Origin: Mytilus trossulus
Lineage: Eukaryota
Assembly (NCBI RefSeq): GCF_036588685.1
Contig: NC_086373.1
Span: 103,912,001-103,976,000 of the forward strand
DNA: 64,000 nucleotides
Reading direction: 5' to 3'
Part shown: positions 11,070 through 25,459 of the stretch, in pieces
How the letters are laid out: every line of letters begins with the position of its first letter
Numbering within the stretch: the stretch's first letter is position 1
Notes under the pieces: generated by a model
Told to the model about the DNA's origin: nothing
The model's database searches: none
What the model saw: only the letters and a program-made list of their open reading frames with translations
Program-made: the position numbers and the translations under genes

Positions 11070-14000
11070 TAAGCAGTAGAAGATCGTGAGGGAGACAATC
11101 GAAAGCCTTAGATAGATCCATTAGAATTGAGCCAATAAACTTATTTTGATCAAGTGCCATTTTCCAGTCCTCTATAATCCTGAGTAGAGTAGTTTGACAT
11201 CCATATTTTGGTCGAAATGCAGACAAGTATGGATGAAAGTGTGTATTGAAGTATTCAACTAGCTGGTTGTAAATTGCTCATTCAAAAAATTTTGAAATTG
11301 CTGGAAGTATACTTACTGGTCTATAGTTGCCCACATCAAGTACATTGTTCTTTTTATGCAATGGTACAACTTGTGCCTCTTTTAATTTGTCTGGAAAAGT
11401 GGCTGATTTAATAGTCATGTTTATCAATTCAGTTATTGGTTTTGTGATAACTGGTTGTGCTAGTTTTAGAACCTTAACTGATATGCCATCTATTCCTGTT
11501 GCCTTTTTTATGTTTAATTTTTTAAGTTGTTTATCTACAAATTCATTTGAGATGGCACTAAATTCTAGTTGTGGTGTGGCAGTTTTGTTTTCGTGTATTT
11601 TTTTAACACTTGGATGGTTATTATTAGCAGGTGTGTTGTTGCCAATATCTTTAGCCACATTTATAAAGAAGTCATTGAAGTGTTCTGCTACTTTCTTTTG
11701 ATCATTTATTATGTTTTATTCATCACATAGAATGATATTTTTTGTGAAGTTGCTACCTTTGTTTGTAATAAAAGGTTGAATAGTAGGCCAGAAATCAGAA
11801 GTTTTTGGTCCGCCTATGCAGCGTTCTTAAAAATATGTTTTAATGGATTTTTTCTTTATTTTATTGACTAGATTTCTTTGTTGTCTATAGAGTTCCCAGG
11901 TATTACCTGATTTTTGTTTGTTATACCTGTTGTACAGTTGTCTTTTTTTGTACACTGCTTTTCGTAGCTCCTGGTTCATAAATGGTGCTGGTTGTTTACA
12001 TTGTTTTCTTTTTTTCAATGGAGCGTGTTGGTCTAAAACATTTACCACAGCCTTTTCAAAATCTGAATATGCTTGATTTATATCATCTTGATCTATTATT
12101 TTTTCTAAGTCTGAAATAAAATTATCTTGATCTAATTTTTTAAAGCTTCTATAAGTTTTATATTCTGTGGTCTTATTTGAAATTTGACCCTTTATCTGTA
12201 CACTGATCATATTGTGAACATCACTAATACCAGTATTAAAATTTCTTATATTCATACATAAACTAGATTTATTTGTCAGTACAACATCTATCAGACTTGG
12301 ATTATTCCCCTTTGTATGACATGTAGGTTCATGGACCAGATTTTCGTAGGTGATTTGAATTTGTACTATGTATGCTCTTTCATTTGAAAATGTGACAGAC
12401 ACCACAATGCATTTTATATTGTTTGAACACAGATAATACATGGATACATATGTACAATGTAACACTCCCAACCGTATCCATCCCCTAAAGCGTGTCTGAT
12501 TCTCACAAACATGTCTAAAGACGTACTTACACTTGTATGCAAAATTGACTGCCATTACGTAAAATCACACAGGTTCCTGTAAACTTTGACATCACAATTC
12601 AAAACATTTGACGCCATAATTTTAAAAAGAGATTGTTGCTTGATGTCAGAAGGTTATAAATCATGGTTATTGGGAGGCAATATTAAGCTAAATATCAAAA
12701 GTGTAAATACATTTTATTTAGCCTAAATGAATCTTTAAAAGTTGATATCGCCTAAAAGGTGACCAATTTCATTACCACTTGGAAGTGTCCAATATTTTTA
12801 TTTACCAAAACATATCCTCTTTAAAAGCTATTATATATAGTCGCCTTCATGTAAAATTGGCACTATATTTTTGTTGAAAGTACCAGCCCTGTTCACTCAA
12901 AATGACATTTTTCAATTAACATGATTAACGGAATTAAAAAACAAACAAAAAACAAAAAATACTGTCCTACCATTTATTGTGTTTGCACTTGAATCTTGAT
13001 AATCTTGACCTTCACATTACTCCAGATTAATTTCAATGGTGATATTAAACTTTGTTATTACTGGAAGTGTTGCTGTGGAGTTTCGCATTTTGTCTATTTT
13101 CTCGGGCCACTCAGATCTTTTCATCATTTGTATGTAAAGGTCAGGGTTATACAGTGTAATCACAATAAAAGGAACAACAGTAGTGTTTTTTTGTGAAGTT
13201 TTTTTATCCTCCTTATTGAAAAATTTACATTGACGGTGACTTTACTTTCTCTGTGATATCAATAACATCTATGTAGATGTATGGAAATTGGATAAAAGTG
13301 GACACAATTAAAGATGTCTGGTTTTGGTTGGATTGTAGATAAGATAATAGTTGCATTCAAATGACATAAATGCTGCAGTATTTTGGGCACAATTACCAGA
13401 AGTTAAAAGGAGAAGTTTCAAGCATTAGTTGGTTCAAAGCCAGTTGTTTATATTTATAATAGTTGCAAGTTTGATTGCTACCATTATATAGCTTAATGAT
13501 AAATGTTTAGTGGCAAGTATTTCATGCATAATTAGAGGGCACATACAAATTAGATTAGTACAGTTAAATTGATTGTTTGCTGAGTAAATTATTTTGTACT
13601 AATAAACTGTGGTGATGACTTACTGTATTAATCATGTATGTGAATAATGCTACTGATTTCCTGCAGAGGTGTTTTCCATTTTTTTTACAGTTCTGGTTTT
13701 TTAAAAGCTCTATATACATGATATACAGGTTTTCAGGTTTTAAAAAAAAAATGGATTTCGAGTATCAATTTATCACTTTGCTGTCTACTTTTACATCCTG
13801 CACAGCCGAATAGAGACACCACTTTGGCATAGGTTACTGTATACGGTTAGTTTGATAAAGTTGTAATGTAATAGGAGTATATACATCAATGAAAGAGCAA
13901 TATTAAACCAAATAACTGTATGTTTGTTATAAGTTGACTTCAATAGCTGTAGGAGCTTAGAGTCTTTGAACTCTGGAATCAATTGAGATTTTGTTTGCCC

Positions 14001-14082
14001 AGTGACAATGTAGGGGTGTAAGTGGGATGTGTGATTGTGCTCACTTATGTTGTTTAATGATCTGGGTTTCTGTTTTACAGTC

Positions 14083-17000
14083 ATGCCTGCTGCCTGTGAT
14101 AATACAGTAGATGATATAGAAGATATTGTTGCCAAGGGAACCTCAGCTGATGATATTAGACATAACGCAGGACATAAACATGTCGTACCAAGGGCAAAAA
14201 GACTCACTAAAATGGACAGGACAAAAGACTTACAAGCAGACAGTTTTATTCCAGGTCAGTTACTTTGGATATTTTACATGTGATGGTTTAAGTATTGTCT
14301 GATAGAAGCAGAAACTCAAATTTAGCTACTTTTTTTTAAAAATGCACAAAAATTTAATTTTCAAATCCTTTCATAATACTGGTATTTGTCAATCTTATTA
14401 TTTATAATAGAAAAGGGTGACGTTTATAATGGTAATCAGATGGTAATACATGAAATTTCTGAATCATAAATATTATATTTCAGGGACACAAAGGATATAT
14501 GTAAAAACCTGGGGATGTTCACACAATAATTCTGATAGTGAATATATGGCAGGACAGTTAGCTGCATGTGGATACAAAATAACAGGTATAAATACATTGT
14601 AACATGGATCATCCAGGATGGTCTATCTTATTGAAGTAGAAAAAGTCAAATTTCACATCATAACAGAAAAAAAAATTGACGATTGTATGATATGGATGCG
14701 TACAATATTATAAAAACATGCACAGAAGACCAAGTTTATGATATTATATAAAAATGCATTGGTTCAAGAGTTGGATAAACTTTATTTTTCACCAGTCACT
14801 CATTTCATATTACTTTAAATAACTTCTTATATACATGTAGTTGCTTAAATCAACACCATAAAGTCGTGGGTAGAAATTTAGTTTCTCTTTTGCAGTCATT
14901 CCAGATCTTCTTATTTTCATATCAGTTGCATACTGACTGAAAAGAAGCAAATTTTTGACAGTTTTATATGGCATTTCTAATATGCCTGAAACTGTGCTAG
15001 TTGAGTTTATGACCCATGTTTTTTTATTTATACTGTTTAGATCTGAAAGAGGATGCAGATTTATGGTTGTTAAACAGTTGTACAGTTAAAAACCCAGCAG
15101 AAGATCATTTCAGAAATGAAATCACAAAAGCAAGAGAACTATCAAAATACTTAGTTGTTGCTGGTTGTGTTCCACAAGGGCAACCAAGGTCAGATTATTT
15201 ACAGGTAGGTACTTTAAAATCGTGTTATTCATGCTGGTTATAGTTGTTAAATGAAAGTCTTTGTTACAGCTCTTGAAAGTATAAATTTTGAAATATAGCT
15301 AGTTATGAAACTTTTCTTTTCCTCTGGCTTTTGTTAGTCCTGTATAATTTTTAGTTTTAATTCATTTATATATTTCAGAGTTTAGTATGATGTCTATTAA
15401 CACTAAACTGGTACACAATTTTGTTTAGGGGCCAGTGGAAACATGTCTCATGTGTGCAGTATTTACTGCTGTATTGAAGACCCATTGGTGGCCTTCAGCT
15501 GTTTTCTGCTCTTCGGTCGGGTTGTTCTATCTTTGGCACACTCCCCATTTCCATTCTCAATTTTTATATTTGTAGTAGTTCAATGGGATTTATGACAGCA
15601 TCAGTTTGTTTACAGAGAAAGTATATAATATACTGAAAAGTTTATTCCTTGATGTTTTATTTTACAGGGCATCAGTGTGATAGGAGTACAGCAGATAGAC
15701 AGAGTTGTTGATGTTGTGGAAGAAACTCTTAAAGGTATAAAACCATTCAAATTATATGTTCATACTCATTTTTGATAGTCAAATATAAATAAAATTATGT
15801 CCAATAAATATGCTCTTGTTCAACTTTATTTTAATCAATTAATCCATGCTTTTAAAAAGTTTCATTTAAAAAATTTAATATTTTTTAACAATAACTCGTC
15901 ATTTGTTTTCATGGGAAAGAAAATTGTATTGAAAGAAATTATTTTATCTTTTTATGTCTCTTGATTTAAACAAAAATTCACTATTTGATTAATGTTCTTT
16001 TGACTAAAGGACACTCAGTAAGGTTGTTTGGACAAAAGAAGGCAGAAGGAAAGAAGACAGGGGGTGCTTCACTGAGTTTACCGAAAGTTAGAAAGAATCC
16101 TTTAATAGAAATAATCGCCATAAACACAGGGTGAGTAGTGCAACCCAGTGTAATGAAGAAAAGTTGACTAACAGTATGTGTTGTCATTTTCAAACGTTTA
16201 TTTTCTATAAATCTAGATAAATAGTAACATGGCTGAAATTTTGAAAAAAGGAACCTAAGTATATCTTTAAAAAAATGCTGTATATATATATATATATATA
16301 TACAACTCGTCTAAACATCAACCCAACAATGTTAGATCTGTAAATTTGCTTTCGCAAATTTTTGGTTCTTCCCTCGCCGGGATTCGAACCCATGCTACTG
16401 TGATATCGTGACACCAAATCGCCTGCACTGTAGCCGTCCCGCTAGACCACACGACCACCTGGGCTCTCAAAAAAAGAGCTTTCGGTGGCCATATGTTACC
16501 TTTCCACGTCAGTTTTAATCTAGCGGCGTACTACAGTACATGATATATAAGGCATGAAGATGTTATTGTTACAGATCAGCTAAATTATCTATAGTAAAGG
16601 ATCCTACAAATTAATGTAAGATACAGTCACAGAAAATAATTATATGCATAAGTACGTCTGAGTCAGTGACAACCCTACAACAGATGTATCATATATATAT
16701 ATATATGCTTAATGTTTGCTATTCAATTAAACAATATGGTACTTCAAGAGATGCAAACACTTACAAGATGTCACATAATGTGTACATGGAACATTTAATG
16801 CAGTGTCATTTTGTATAAAAGAAATGTTTATATGTTTGCTCTAAGGTTGAGGTTCTTGATATGTCAAAATTTATCAGTTTGCCAGTATGTGAAAAAGGTC
16901 TAATTTGTATTTTTTTTTTTAGTCATAAAATCTGTTAACAAAGATCTTAATAATAAAGACTTTGTCCATATTGATCTGTCATTTGCTTTTATGCAAAGTT

Positions 17001-20000
17001 TAAATAATGAGATGATAATGAATTTTTATTGGCACACATTTCTCTTGGATAATTCTGCATTATTTAACTAATATTTCTCTCTGAAAATGTGTAAGATACC
17101 TTTGTTATTCTAAATTTAAAAAAATGGTATTTGTAGATGTCTGAATCAGTGTACATACTGTAAAACTAAGCATGCGAGAGGAGAGTTAGGCAGTTATCCT
17201 ATAGAGGACATTGTTAATAGAGCTAAACAGTCATTTGAAGGTACTAAATATATTACAGTACTTCAGATACAATTCAGAATACAGCTGTTCTTTCAATTCT
17301 TGTTCTTAGGAATTACCATATTTAGATATATGTAAATTTTATGTATGTGAAAGAAAGTAAACATTTTCTTCCTTCTAGATGAATTGATAAATACTCCAAA
17401 TATAAGTAAAAAATGGAATGGTGAGATATATCCAAATCAATTAAGCAAGTTTTACATAAGCTCACACCAATTTATTGGCAACTTTAATTTTAACTTTAAT
17501 GTCAAAGTATATGAAGTGATATCAGGTAATATTTGAATAATATATTTCATAGAGGGTGTAGTAGAGATCTGGTTGACTTCAGAAGATCTCGGAGCATATG
17601 GTCATGATATCAATGTAACATTACCTCAGTTACTATGGAAACTAGTAGAGGTTATACCTGAAGGTGCCAGGATGAGGCTTGGTATGACAAATCCTCCATA
17701 CATCTTAGAACACTTAGAGGTTAGATTTTACTTTTTATACTCTATTTCACCTGAACATATTAATAGAAGTTGTAACTGTTGCATCTATGTTACCAATCTT
17801 CTATTTACTAATTTGCATGGTTTCTGAAAATGACTTTAGTAGAAGGTATTAAACATTCATGTTGCTTCATTATTCTTTTTTTTAAACTGCCAATATGACA
17901 TTCGTTCAAATTATTTACAAAAAATATCTGACTGAGATATCCTTATAATTTTGTTTTCAGGAAATGGCAAAGATTTTGAATCATCCTAGAGTTTATAAAT
18001 TTCTCCATGTTCCTGTCCAGTCTGCGTCTGATAGTGTTCTTATGGACATGAAACGTGAATACAGCCAAGCAGATTTTAGACATGTTGTTGATTTTCTTAA
18101 ACAGAGGTATGAATTAAAATATCTTATGATATTTACAATGAGAGATAATCTATTGATTTATTTTCAGAGCTACATTTTAGGAAATTGTGTAGATAATAAG
18201 GAAATTATATGTAGATGTGTATATCCACAAGAAATTTTCATTAGTTGATTTTAATAGAAGTTGAAATTAGTCTGTCCATATGAACAACATTTTTTTGTGC
18301 TTTTCATAAAGTCAGAAGGACAATTCTGTTTTTCAGACACTTTTGGAAATTATCTTTTAATACCACAGTACAATATTTGAATAATTTTAACACTTGAAAA
18401 CATACTTCTCACAATTGAAGATAAAAAGTTCTTCATATAATTTCTAATGTCAAAACATTTAATAGAAATAAGTATTATATTGATTAGTCTTTTACATGTT
18501 TACCTTTGTCCTTTTTCAGGGTACCTACTATTACTATAGCAACAGATCTTATATGTGGTTTTCCCACAGAAACAGAGAAGGTATTGAAACTTTCCATACT
18601 TATTTTGTCACATCTTTTCAACTTAATCCAATATTGTTGTCCGTCTGTCCATTATCATCATATCGAACAATAACTCAAAACTGCTTTAACTAATTTTCCT
18701 GAAACTTTATTTTTTCATAAATTTCTGATACGACATTGAGGAGTTATTGAACTTTATTCGTTTTAATAGTGACATGCTAGCTTATCATCTTCTCAAGGCA
18801 CAGCACTTTATTGTATATAGTAATATTATCAATTTTGTTCTTTTCATACCCCGCTCAATGAGGCAGCTATTTTGAAATCACTTTGTCCTTCAGTCTGTTC
18901 ATCTGGCAAATACTTTTGTCACTTTTTTCTCATCAGAATAATCTTCAAAATGGAATGATTTCACAATTGTTCAGCAGCTTGAAAGCAATAATAATTGTGT
19001 TGGAGCACTTTTGAATCTGTCAAATACCTACTTCCTGTTAGGGGATACTTTGAAAAAAAAATTATCTGAAAAGACCTCAAAATTTTATCGCATTTTTCTC
19101 CAATACTTTTACCAATAAACAGATTGATACATTATAGTTTATTTTTACATTTTTCTTTTATTATCTATTTACAGGATTTTGAAGAAACAATGGATTTAGT
19201 AGATGAATACAAATTTCCCAGTTTATTTATTAATCAGTACTTCCCTAGACCTGGCACCCCAGCAGCCAAAATGCCTCGTATTCCTGCCCAACAGGTAAGT
19301 CAAGTCGTTAAGGTAAATTAAGAGCTTACATTTATCCCATCTTACTATATAAGTAACAGCACCTGTGATCATCGCCTAGTATTTGGTGCGATTCATGTTG
19401 CTCAGTCTATATTAGTAGATTTCTATGTTGTGTCTTGCATACTATTACTTGGCTGATTGTTTTTTTTTATTTTTAGGCATGGCGTTGTTAGTTTATTTTT
19501 TATCTATGCTTTTGAATATCCCTCTGGTATCTTTCGCCCCTCTTTTATTAGGCAGTACATAAAATTCCTTGTAAGGTAAGACAAGATATGATAAGCTTGT
19601 GATATACAGGTAAATAATCCACTACTGTCATCTGATTGATAAATCATAATAATCTACTTCAGTGTTTGCCTATTATCTCGTAAATCCAGCATTGAAATGA
19701 ATATTTCTATGTTATAAATGCTGTGGTTTGCTAAGACTAATAATACCCTAGATGTATGTGTTAATTGGAATTATTTATTGCAGGTGAAGAAAAGAACTAA
19801 AGCTGTTTCTGAATTATTTCAGTCTTATACTCCCTATGACCACAAGGTATATATGATATATAACAAGGTTTTGTTGTACATTTATATTATAGTGTGGTTA
19901 CAGATATTTATATACATCTATCATTTTGATATTGACAACAAACTTAAAGTAAATTTCTTATAAAGATTTTGAATAAAAGACTAAAAAGATTTCTAAACAT

Positions 20001-23000
20001 TTTAGAATAGTTAGTTTTCAGTTGTGGTTAAGAATTGCCTCCTCAAACCTTCTATATTTGTAATTTATCTTTTTTACCAAATAATCTGTTTTTGCAGCAT
20101 TTTTTGTATCATTTATGATGTAATCAAATCCATATTTCTAACTTGTATAATGATAAAGGGGTTAACTTTTGTACAAGATCAAGTTTACTGTGAAACTATA
20201 GGGGTCTTTTTGCAAGTTTTTTAGTAGCTCCTTTGATAGTTTTCGGTTCCATTAACTGTATTTTGTTGGGGAGAATCTCTCAAAGAAAATGAAGACCATT
20301 GAATGTTTTTATTATTTTGTTTTTTGCAGACTCAAATCCATATTATTCTTCCTTTGCTTTTCATTGTAGCTAGGTGAGATACAGAATGTATTAGTTACAG
20401 AAGTTTCTAAGGACAGACAGTACTATGTTGGTCACAATGAATGTTATGATCAAGTATGTATAGTATTTTAAGATAATATTTTATGATAAATGAGAGTGTT
20501 CTCTAAAAATATATATATATAGCCTAGTGGAACAAGGGAAGTTTTCACAAATCATTTTGAATGCAATAATAGTAAACCTAAAGTTTTCAAATGAAATATA
20601 TTTGTGTTTAAATTTTGTTCTTCAGCTACCTCAAATTTGAAAAGAAACTAAATCTGTTTTAAAAATCGTTAAAAGTTGTATTTGGTTTTTTTTCACAATT
20701 TTAGTACCTGCTATAGAATTACATATTGTAAATTACAGGTATTAGTACCAAAAGATGAACACTTACTTGGGAAATTAGTGGAAGTAAAAATTACAGAGAC
20801 TGGAAAACATTTCCTGAAATGTGCTCTAACAAAAAATGTGTTCAGACCTGATGTACCATTACCTTTAAAACAAGGACAAGTCTCTGGAGTTTCTCAGGTT
20901 AGTTTAATATCTAATCAAATTATCAGTATCAATATTGTTTAGTAGAAGTTTAAATAAAATGGATAGCATCTTATTTTCTTTAAGCTTTTAAACTTAATGC
21001 AACAATAAAATCAGGAATAACCTTTTCGATATATAGGCTACTTGTCTATGGTCAGACAATTGGATGGATTATATTGGTGTAGTACTTGTAATGCAGTATC
21101 TGGAATTGGTTTTACTGTGATGTTGGCACATTATGTCTAGAATCATCTCTTACATTACAACACATTCATTACTGAATGGATTGGCATAATTTTCATGGTT
21201 TGCTCAATATAAGTTATAATGAATCACGAGAATGCATGGAACAGTGGTATAACAGCACAACATAAAAACAACATAAAAACAAAGCATTATATATTCAAAT
21301 ACATATGTCAAACTTACTACCCCTCTGAGTAAGATTGTAACATTTGCCCCTGGACATATAACAGCCATCATTCAGTCAATCTTTATTCTTTTATGTTAAG
21401 TTACCTTTAATTAGAAATCCTCGATCACAAGATAAATTGGCAATCAATTCAATATTTCCTGATTTATTTTTTTATATGTAAGTTACCTTTAATTTGAAAA
21501 TCTTCATTCAGAAGATACATTTTGCAGATTGACAATCAAATTACCTTTCCTGATTATTTATTAATGGAAGAACAAATGTTTTCATTATGTCTTATCTTTT
21601 AAAAGGATAATAAAAATACCAACAGAGTTTTTTTTTCTCTATAGATACACTGACAGTAAGCTCTGTAAACACCAGATTTTATTTCGTTGTAACACTTCCG
21701 ATATATGACATCATGATTTAATTAAAATATATATGAGTGCAATAATGCAACATTGATCTTGATGAATAACTAATGTTATGTTATGTAATCAATATCATAT
21801 TAATGGATTTTCATTGTTGTGTAGATTACCTCCTGCCCCCTCAGTCATGGCCTATGCAGCTTTTCCATAGTTAACATGTTAAAGTTTGTAATTAGGTCTG
21901 TTCAAGATTAACAAATTATTGTAAATCAATGGTATTTAGTATGCAGTTGTATAAGCAATAGTACATCTTATTCCCTTTAATATTATAGCCCTTCTACATA
22001 TTTATTGTACATCAACTTTAAAACTTTTGCATAGTTTAACATGTAAAAGTTTAAGTTACCATATAGTTTAAAAGGAACCACTTATGATTGGTAAATGGTA
22101 TTTAGTATGCAGTTTTATAAGCATATGCACACCTTATTGCTATTCAATATTTTGCCTTGCCCCTTAAGTCAGGGTTGGTTGACTAATGTTTTGCATAGTT
22201 AACAAGTTACAGTATTGTCATTTTAATCCAATATTTGCATTGTACTGTATATGTTACATACAGGTCAATAGCCATTTCATTGTGTTAACAGTTAATTTAT
22301 TCCTTGATAGCAATCTATTGATTTCTTCCCAACAAGTGTCCTTTTGCTTGTGTGTCCCAATGACTGTAAACTAATTATCAGTTTTTGTCGTTATCTCAGT
22401 TAATCAGTTACCTTCTTCTTCTTCTTCTTCTTTAAGGTCAACAAGGCTTCAATACTGAAGAATACATGTTGTTGCGCATGCGTGATTGACAAAAAATTAT
22501 ACAAAATTTATAAAAATATTTTTATAACAATTGGAGTGTTTGTATTTACAGATTGTGATTAAAAAAATATATGTACATGTTTTGTTTGAATTTGTTTATT
22601 TCAACCATACACTATAGGACAACTATATTTTGTGTTGGGAATTATTTGAATGTGTATTTGTCTGTCTGGCAGGGATCACATTACCATGACCTCATTTTCA
22701 TGGTTCATTGGTATATGTTAAGATAGCTCAATATGGATAGCCATAATGTAATATTTGTGTTACAGCTGTTTGGCTTTAATAACAAGAGAGAGTTGCAGTC
22801 TAAACATTATCCTCACCCAAAAAATCATTGAATCAATATGAAATATTTCTGTGATATGTGCACCTACATGATTCTCATTAACAAGTACTTAACATCCGCC
22901 TAGTATTAATAAATAGAATGCATAAATAGAGTAGACAGCTTTTGAGTATTTATTGATAACAAAAAACTCTTGTGAAACTCCCGTTTATATGCTTAAGTAA

Positions 23001-24494
23001 TGTGAAGCTGTGATATGTATCACTTCTGTTGTTCCTGCTGTTTTCTGTATATTATGCAATCTTTCATGTTAAACTATAAAAGTCCATATAATATTGATGT
23101 AGACAACAGTTTCTTGATATGCGGTGAGGACATAACTAATTAAACTCATTTACATATTAATTTTAATGTTTGTTTTTTTCAGCTAAAATGTTGACATTCA
23201 TATTGATTATTAATAAACTCTTTGTTAAATGTATTCAAAATCACAAAAGCAATATTGAGCTAGAATTCAAATTCTACTTAAGCAGAAATATCATGAAAAG
23301 GCAAACAGCAGAAATTTATTAGTGTTGAATAAATTGCAAATAGAAAATTATGCAATTGGTCTTATTTGCATTAAAGAATATATGGCAAACATGTACTATT
23401 TCATGTCTGTATTTTACATTAAATACCTCAATGATTGATTATTCTACTTTATAATGAAGTTTATTTGTCTTTTATTGAATGCCTTTAAAACTATATGCTG
23501 ACGTATTAAGAGTGTTATTTGCAAAAACCATCAAGAATTTTCCAATATTGTTTTCAATATTAATTAAATATTAAAAATTCACATAACATCCAATATTTGT
23601 GTTCAAATTAACAAATAATGGCTTTGATAAGAAGAAAAAGAAAAAAAGCAATTATTTTCAAGTGTTCATTTAGTTATAAGCCAAGCTAACATCAAGCATA
23701 GATAAATAAATGGATTCAATAGACCACTATTGACTTACGTCCTGCACCAGAAACATAAGTCAATTTTGCATGCCTTTATAGCGTCATTTACAAGATAGAA
23801 GGGACTACTTGTATCCCTGCACTATAAAGTTCATCAAGCGTCTTTATGATCGCCATTATGTTTGTTCTATAGGTACTTATTCACAATTTCCTAATGACAG
23901 CATTCATATCTATTTTTATATAAAAATAAAGAATTAGGTATGATTGTAATGTTACAGTACAATATAAGAACAAACTCATAAAATCAGTCCAACTGGGCTG
24001 AACTCATCAAATGGGTACTAATAGAAATATATCTATCAAAAATACATAGTGGAGGTGGACAGGTACTTTTACATCCCAATTTGAAAATTTCATTTTGTGG
24101 AAATTCTGTGTTTACCTTGAAATCCTATATGATCACTTGTTGTAACTCTTACAGAAGAAAGTAAAGAAGCTAGGAATTTGAAAATAATGTTTAAAAAAGG
24201 TATACTGTATGCCAAAACAGTTAAACTTTTGTGAAATCAAAAACTTGTTTTAAACTCTTATGATTACAGAACTGATGGTCCCTAATCAACTATAAGATTG
24301 TATTCAGTAAGAATAGAACTAATAGTATATTTAGAATTGTAATGAGATATGAAATTTGATTTAACTTTTTCTTTACTTTTCTGTTTCAGGTACAGACTTC
24401 CAGTAAGACAAATATTTTGGTGACTATTTCATTTATTGTGTTAGTAATAGCTGTCTTAGTCAAATTACAGACATTGTTATTTAGTGGAACATGA
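14083..24494 (+). CDS. CDKAL1: Threonylcarbamoyladenosine tRNA methylthiotransferase (radical-SAM MTTase), 14 coding exons
   Basis: Exons 14083-14254, 14484-14585, 15041-15204, 15668-15734, 16010-16130, 17137-17240, 17553-17719, 17961-18106, 18520-18580, 19175-19294, 19784-19846, 20370-20453, 20739-20897, 24390-24494, all GT-AG and phase-compatible. Motifs: [42 protein letters not shown] (CxxxCxxC), [33 protein letters not shown], a TRAM domain and a hydrophobic C-terminal tail anchor. AATAAA at about 24511 and 24705-24720. Confidence 0.97.
16303..16690 (-). mobile_element. Element inserted in a (TA)n tract, with an internal tRNA-like Pol III cassette
   Basis: (TA)n on both flanks. Minus strand reads GCCCAGGTGGTCGTGTGGTCTAGCG (A box)...GGGTTCGAATCCCGG (B box) at about 16464-16372. 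Confidence 0.7.
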
Positions 24495-24959
24495 GCCTTA
24501 TGAGAACGGGAATAAAGTATTTTTAAACAGGGATTAAAAGCTTTTATTGTATGATTTCAAGAAATGTGTCCACCAGTTGGATACATTCAGATGTTTATCA
24601 AAGTGTTTTAGCATGGAAAGTTCTTATGTGTTTCATCATAGTTTTATCATGGAAAGTTCTTGTGTATTACATCATAGTTTTAAGAAATGCATTATGTGAT
24701 ATCAAATAAACTGAATAAAAGGTAGTAGGAAATTTACAAACACCTGAAATTAAAGTTCTTATTTCATCTTTCAAGTAAATTTGTGAGTGTGTGTGTGTGT
24801 GCATTGTATACTTATGTTACTCAAGGTTTATGTAGAGTACATGCAGCTTTTGTGAAATTGTATATTTTTAACCAGATCATAATTTGAGAGCTGCTCAACC
24901 AAAGCTTTTTAAATTGTCAAAAGATTTTAAAAGACCAAATGACAAAATATATTTATAGG

Positions 24960-25250
24960 TCATAATACTGCCTTCAACAATGAACAAAGCCCATACCCTG
25001 TAGTCATCTGCAATAGGCCCCAAAATGACAAATGTAAAACAATTCAAACGTAAAAAACTAACAACCTGATTTATGTACAAAATAATGAAGGAAAAACAAA
25101 TATGTACAACAGCAACAAAAGATAACCATGAATATCAGGCTCATGACTTAGGACAGGCACAGACAGAATGTGACAGGGTTAAACATGTTAGCAGGTGCCC
25201 AACCCTCCTTTAAACCTAGGATAGTGGTGTAACAGTACAACTTAGAGCAG
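24960..25250. repeat. Abundant short interspersed repeat family
   Basis: Shared motifs GCCTTCAACAATGA(G/A)CAAAGCCCATA and GAAGATGTGGT..TGCCAATGAGACAACT recur at about 25563-25776, 32600-32905, 41130-41450, 42110-42330 and 60715-60760. Confidence 0.7.
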
Positions 25251-25306
25251 ACTATAAAAATTGAAAAAGGCTAATCATCAAATGGATACTTAAAGAAATA
25301 TATCTA

Positions 25307-25451
25307 ANNNNNNNNNNNNNNNNNNNNNNNNNNNNNNNNNNNNNNNNNNNNNNNNNNNNNNNNNNNNNNNNNNNNNNNNNNNNNNNNNNNNNNNNNNNNN
25401 NNNNNNNNNNNNNNNNNNNNNNNNNNNNNNNNNNNNNNNNNNNNNNNNNNN
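25307..25451. other. Assembly gap (N run)
   Basis: Run of n characters. Confidence 0.99.
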
Positions 25452-25459
25452 TCACCATT

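Larger units (their letters stand above)
6838..12345 (-). mobile_element. Decayed CR1/L2-group LINE (ORF2: end of endonuclease plus RT), split by nested insertions
   Basis: Minus-strand peptides: EPTC...LIDVVLTN...SDVH (EN), KKATGIDG...NYRPVSILP, MDLSKAFDCLPHDLLLLKLEAYG...GVPQGSILGPILFNIFIND...YADD, KIEKVQERALRFIY. Contains in-frame stops. 3' end has AATAAA followed by a (TTGAA)n tail at about 6838-6862. Confidence 0.9.

Noticed and set aside
16372-16464. Functional tRNA gene
   Set aside because: A and B boxes are present, but the acceptor stem is poor, the middle is oversized and it is embedded in a repeat. The same applies to about 55200-55266.
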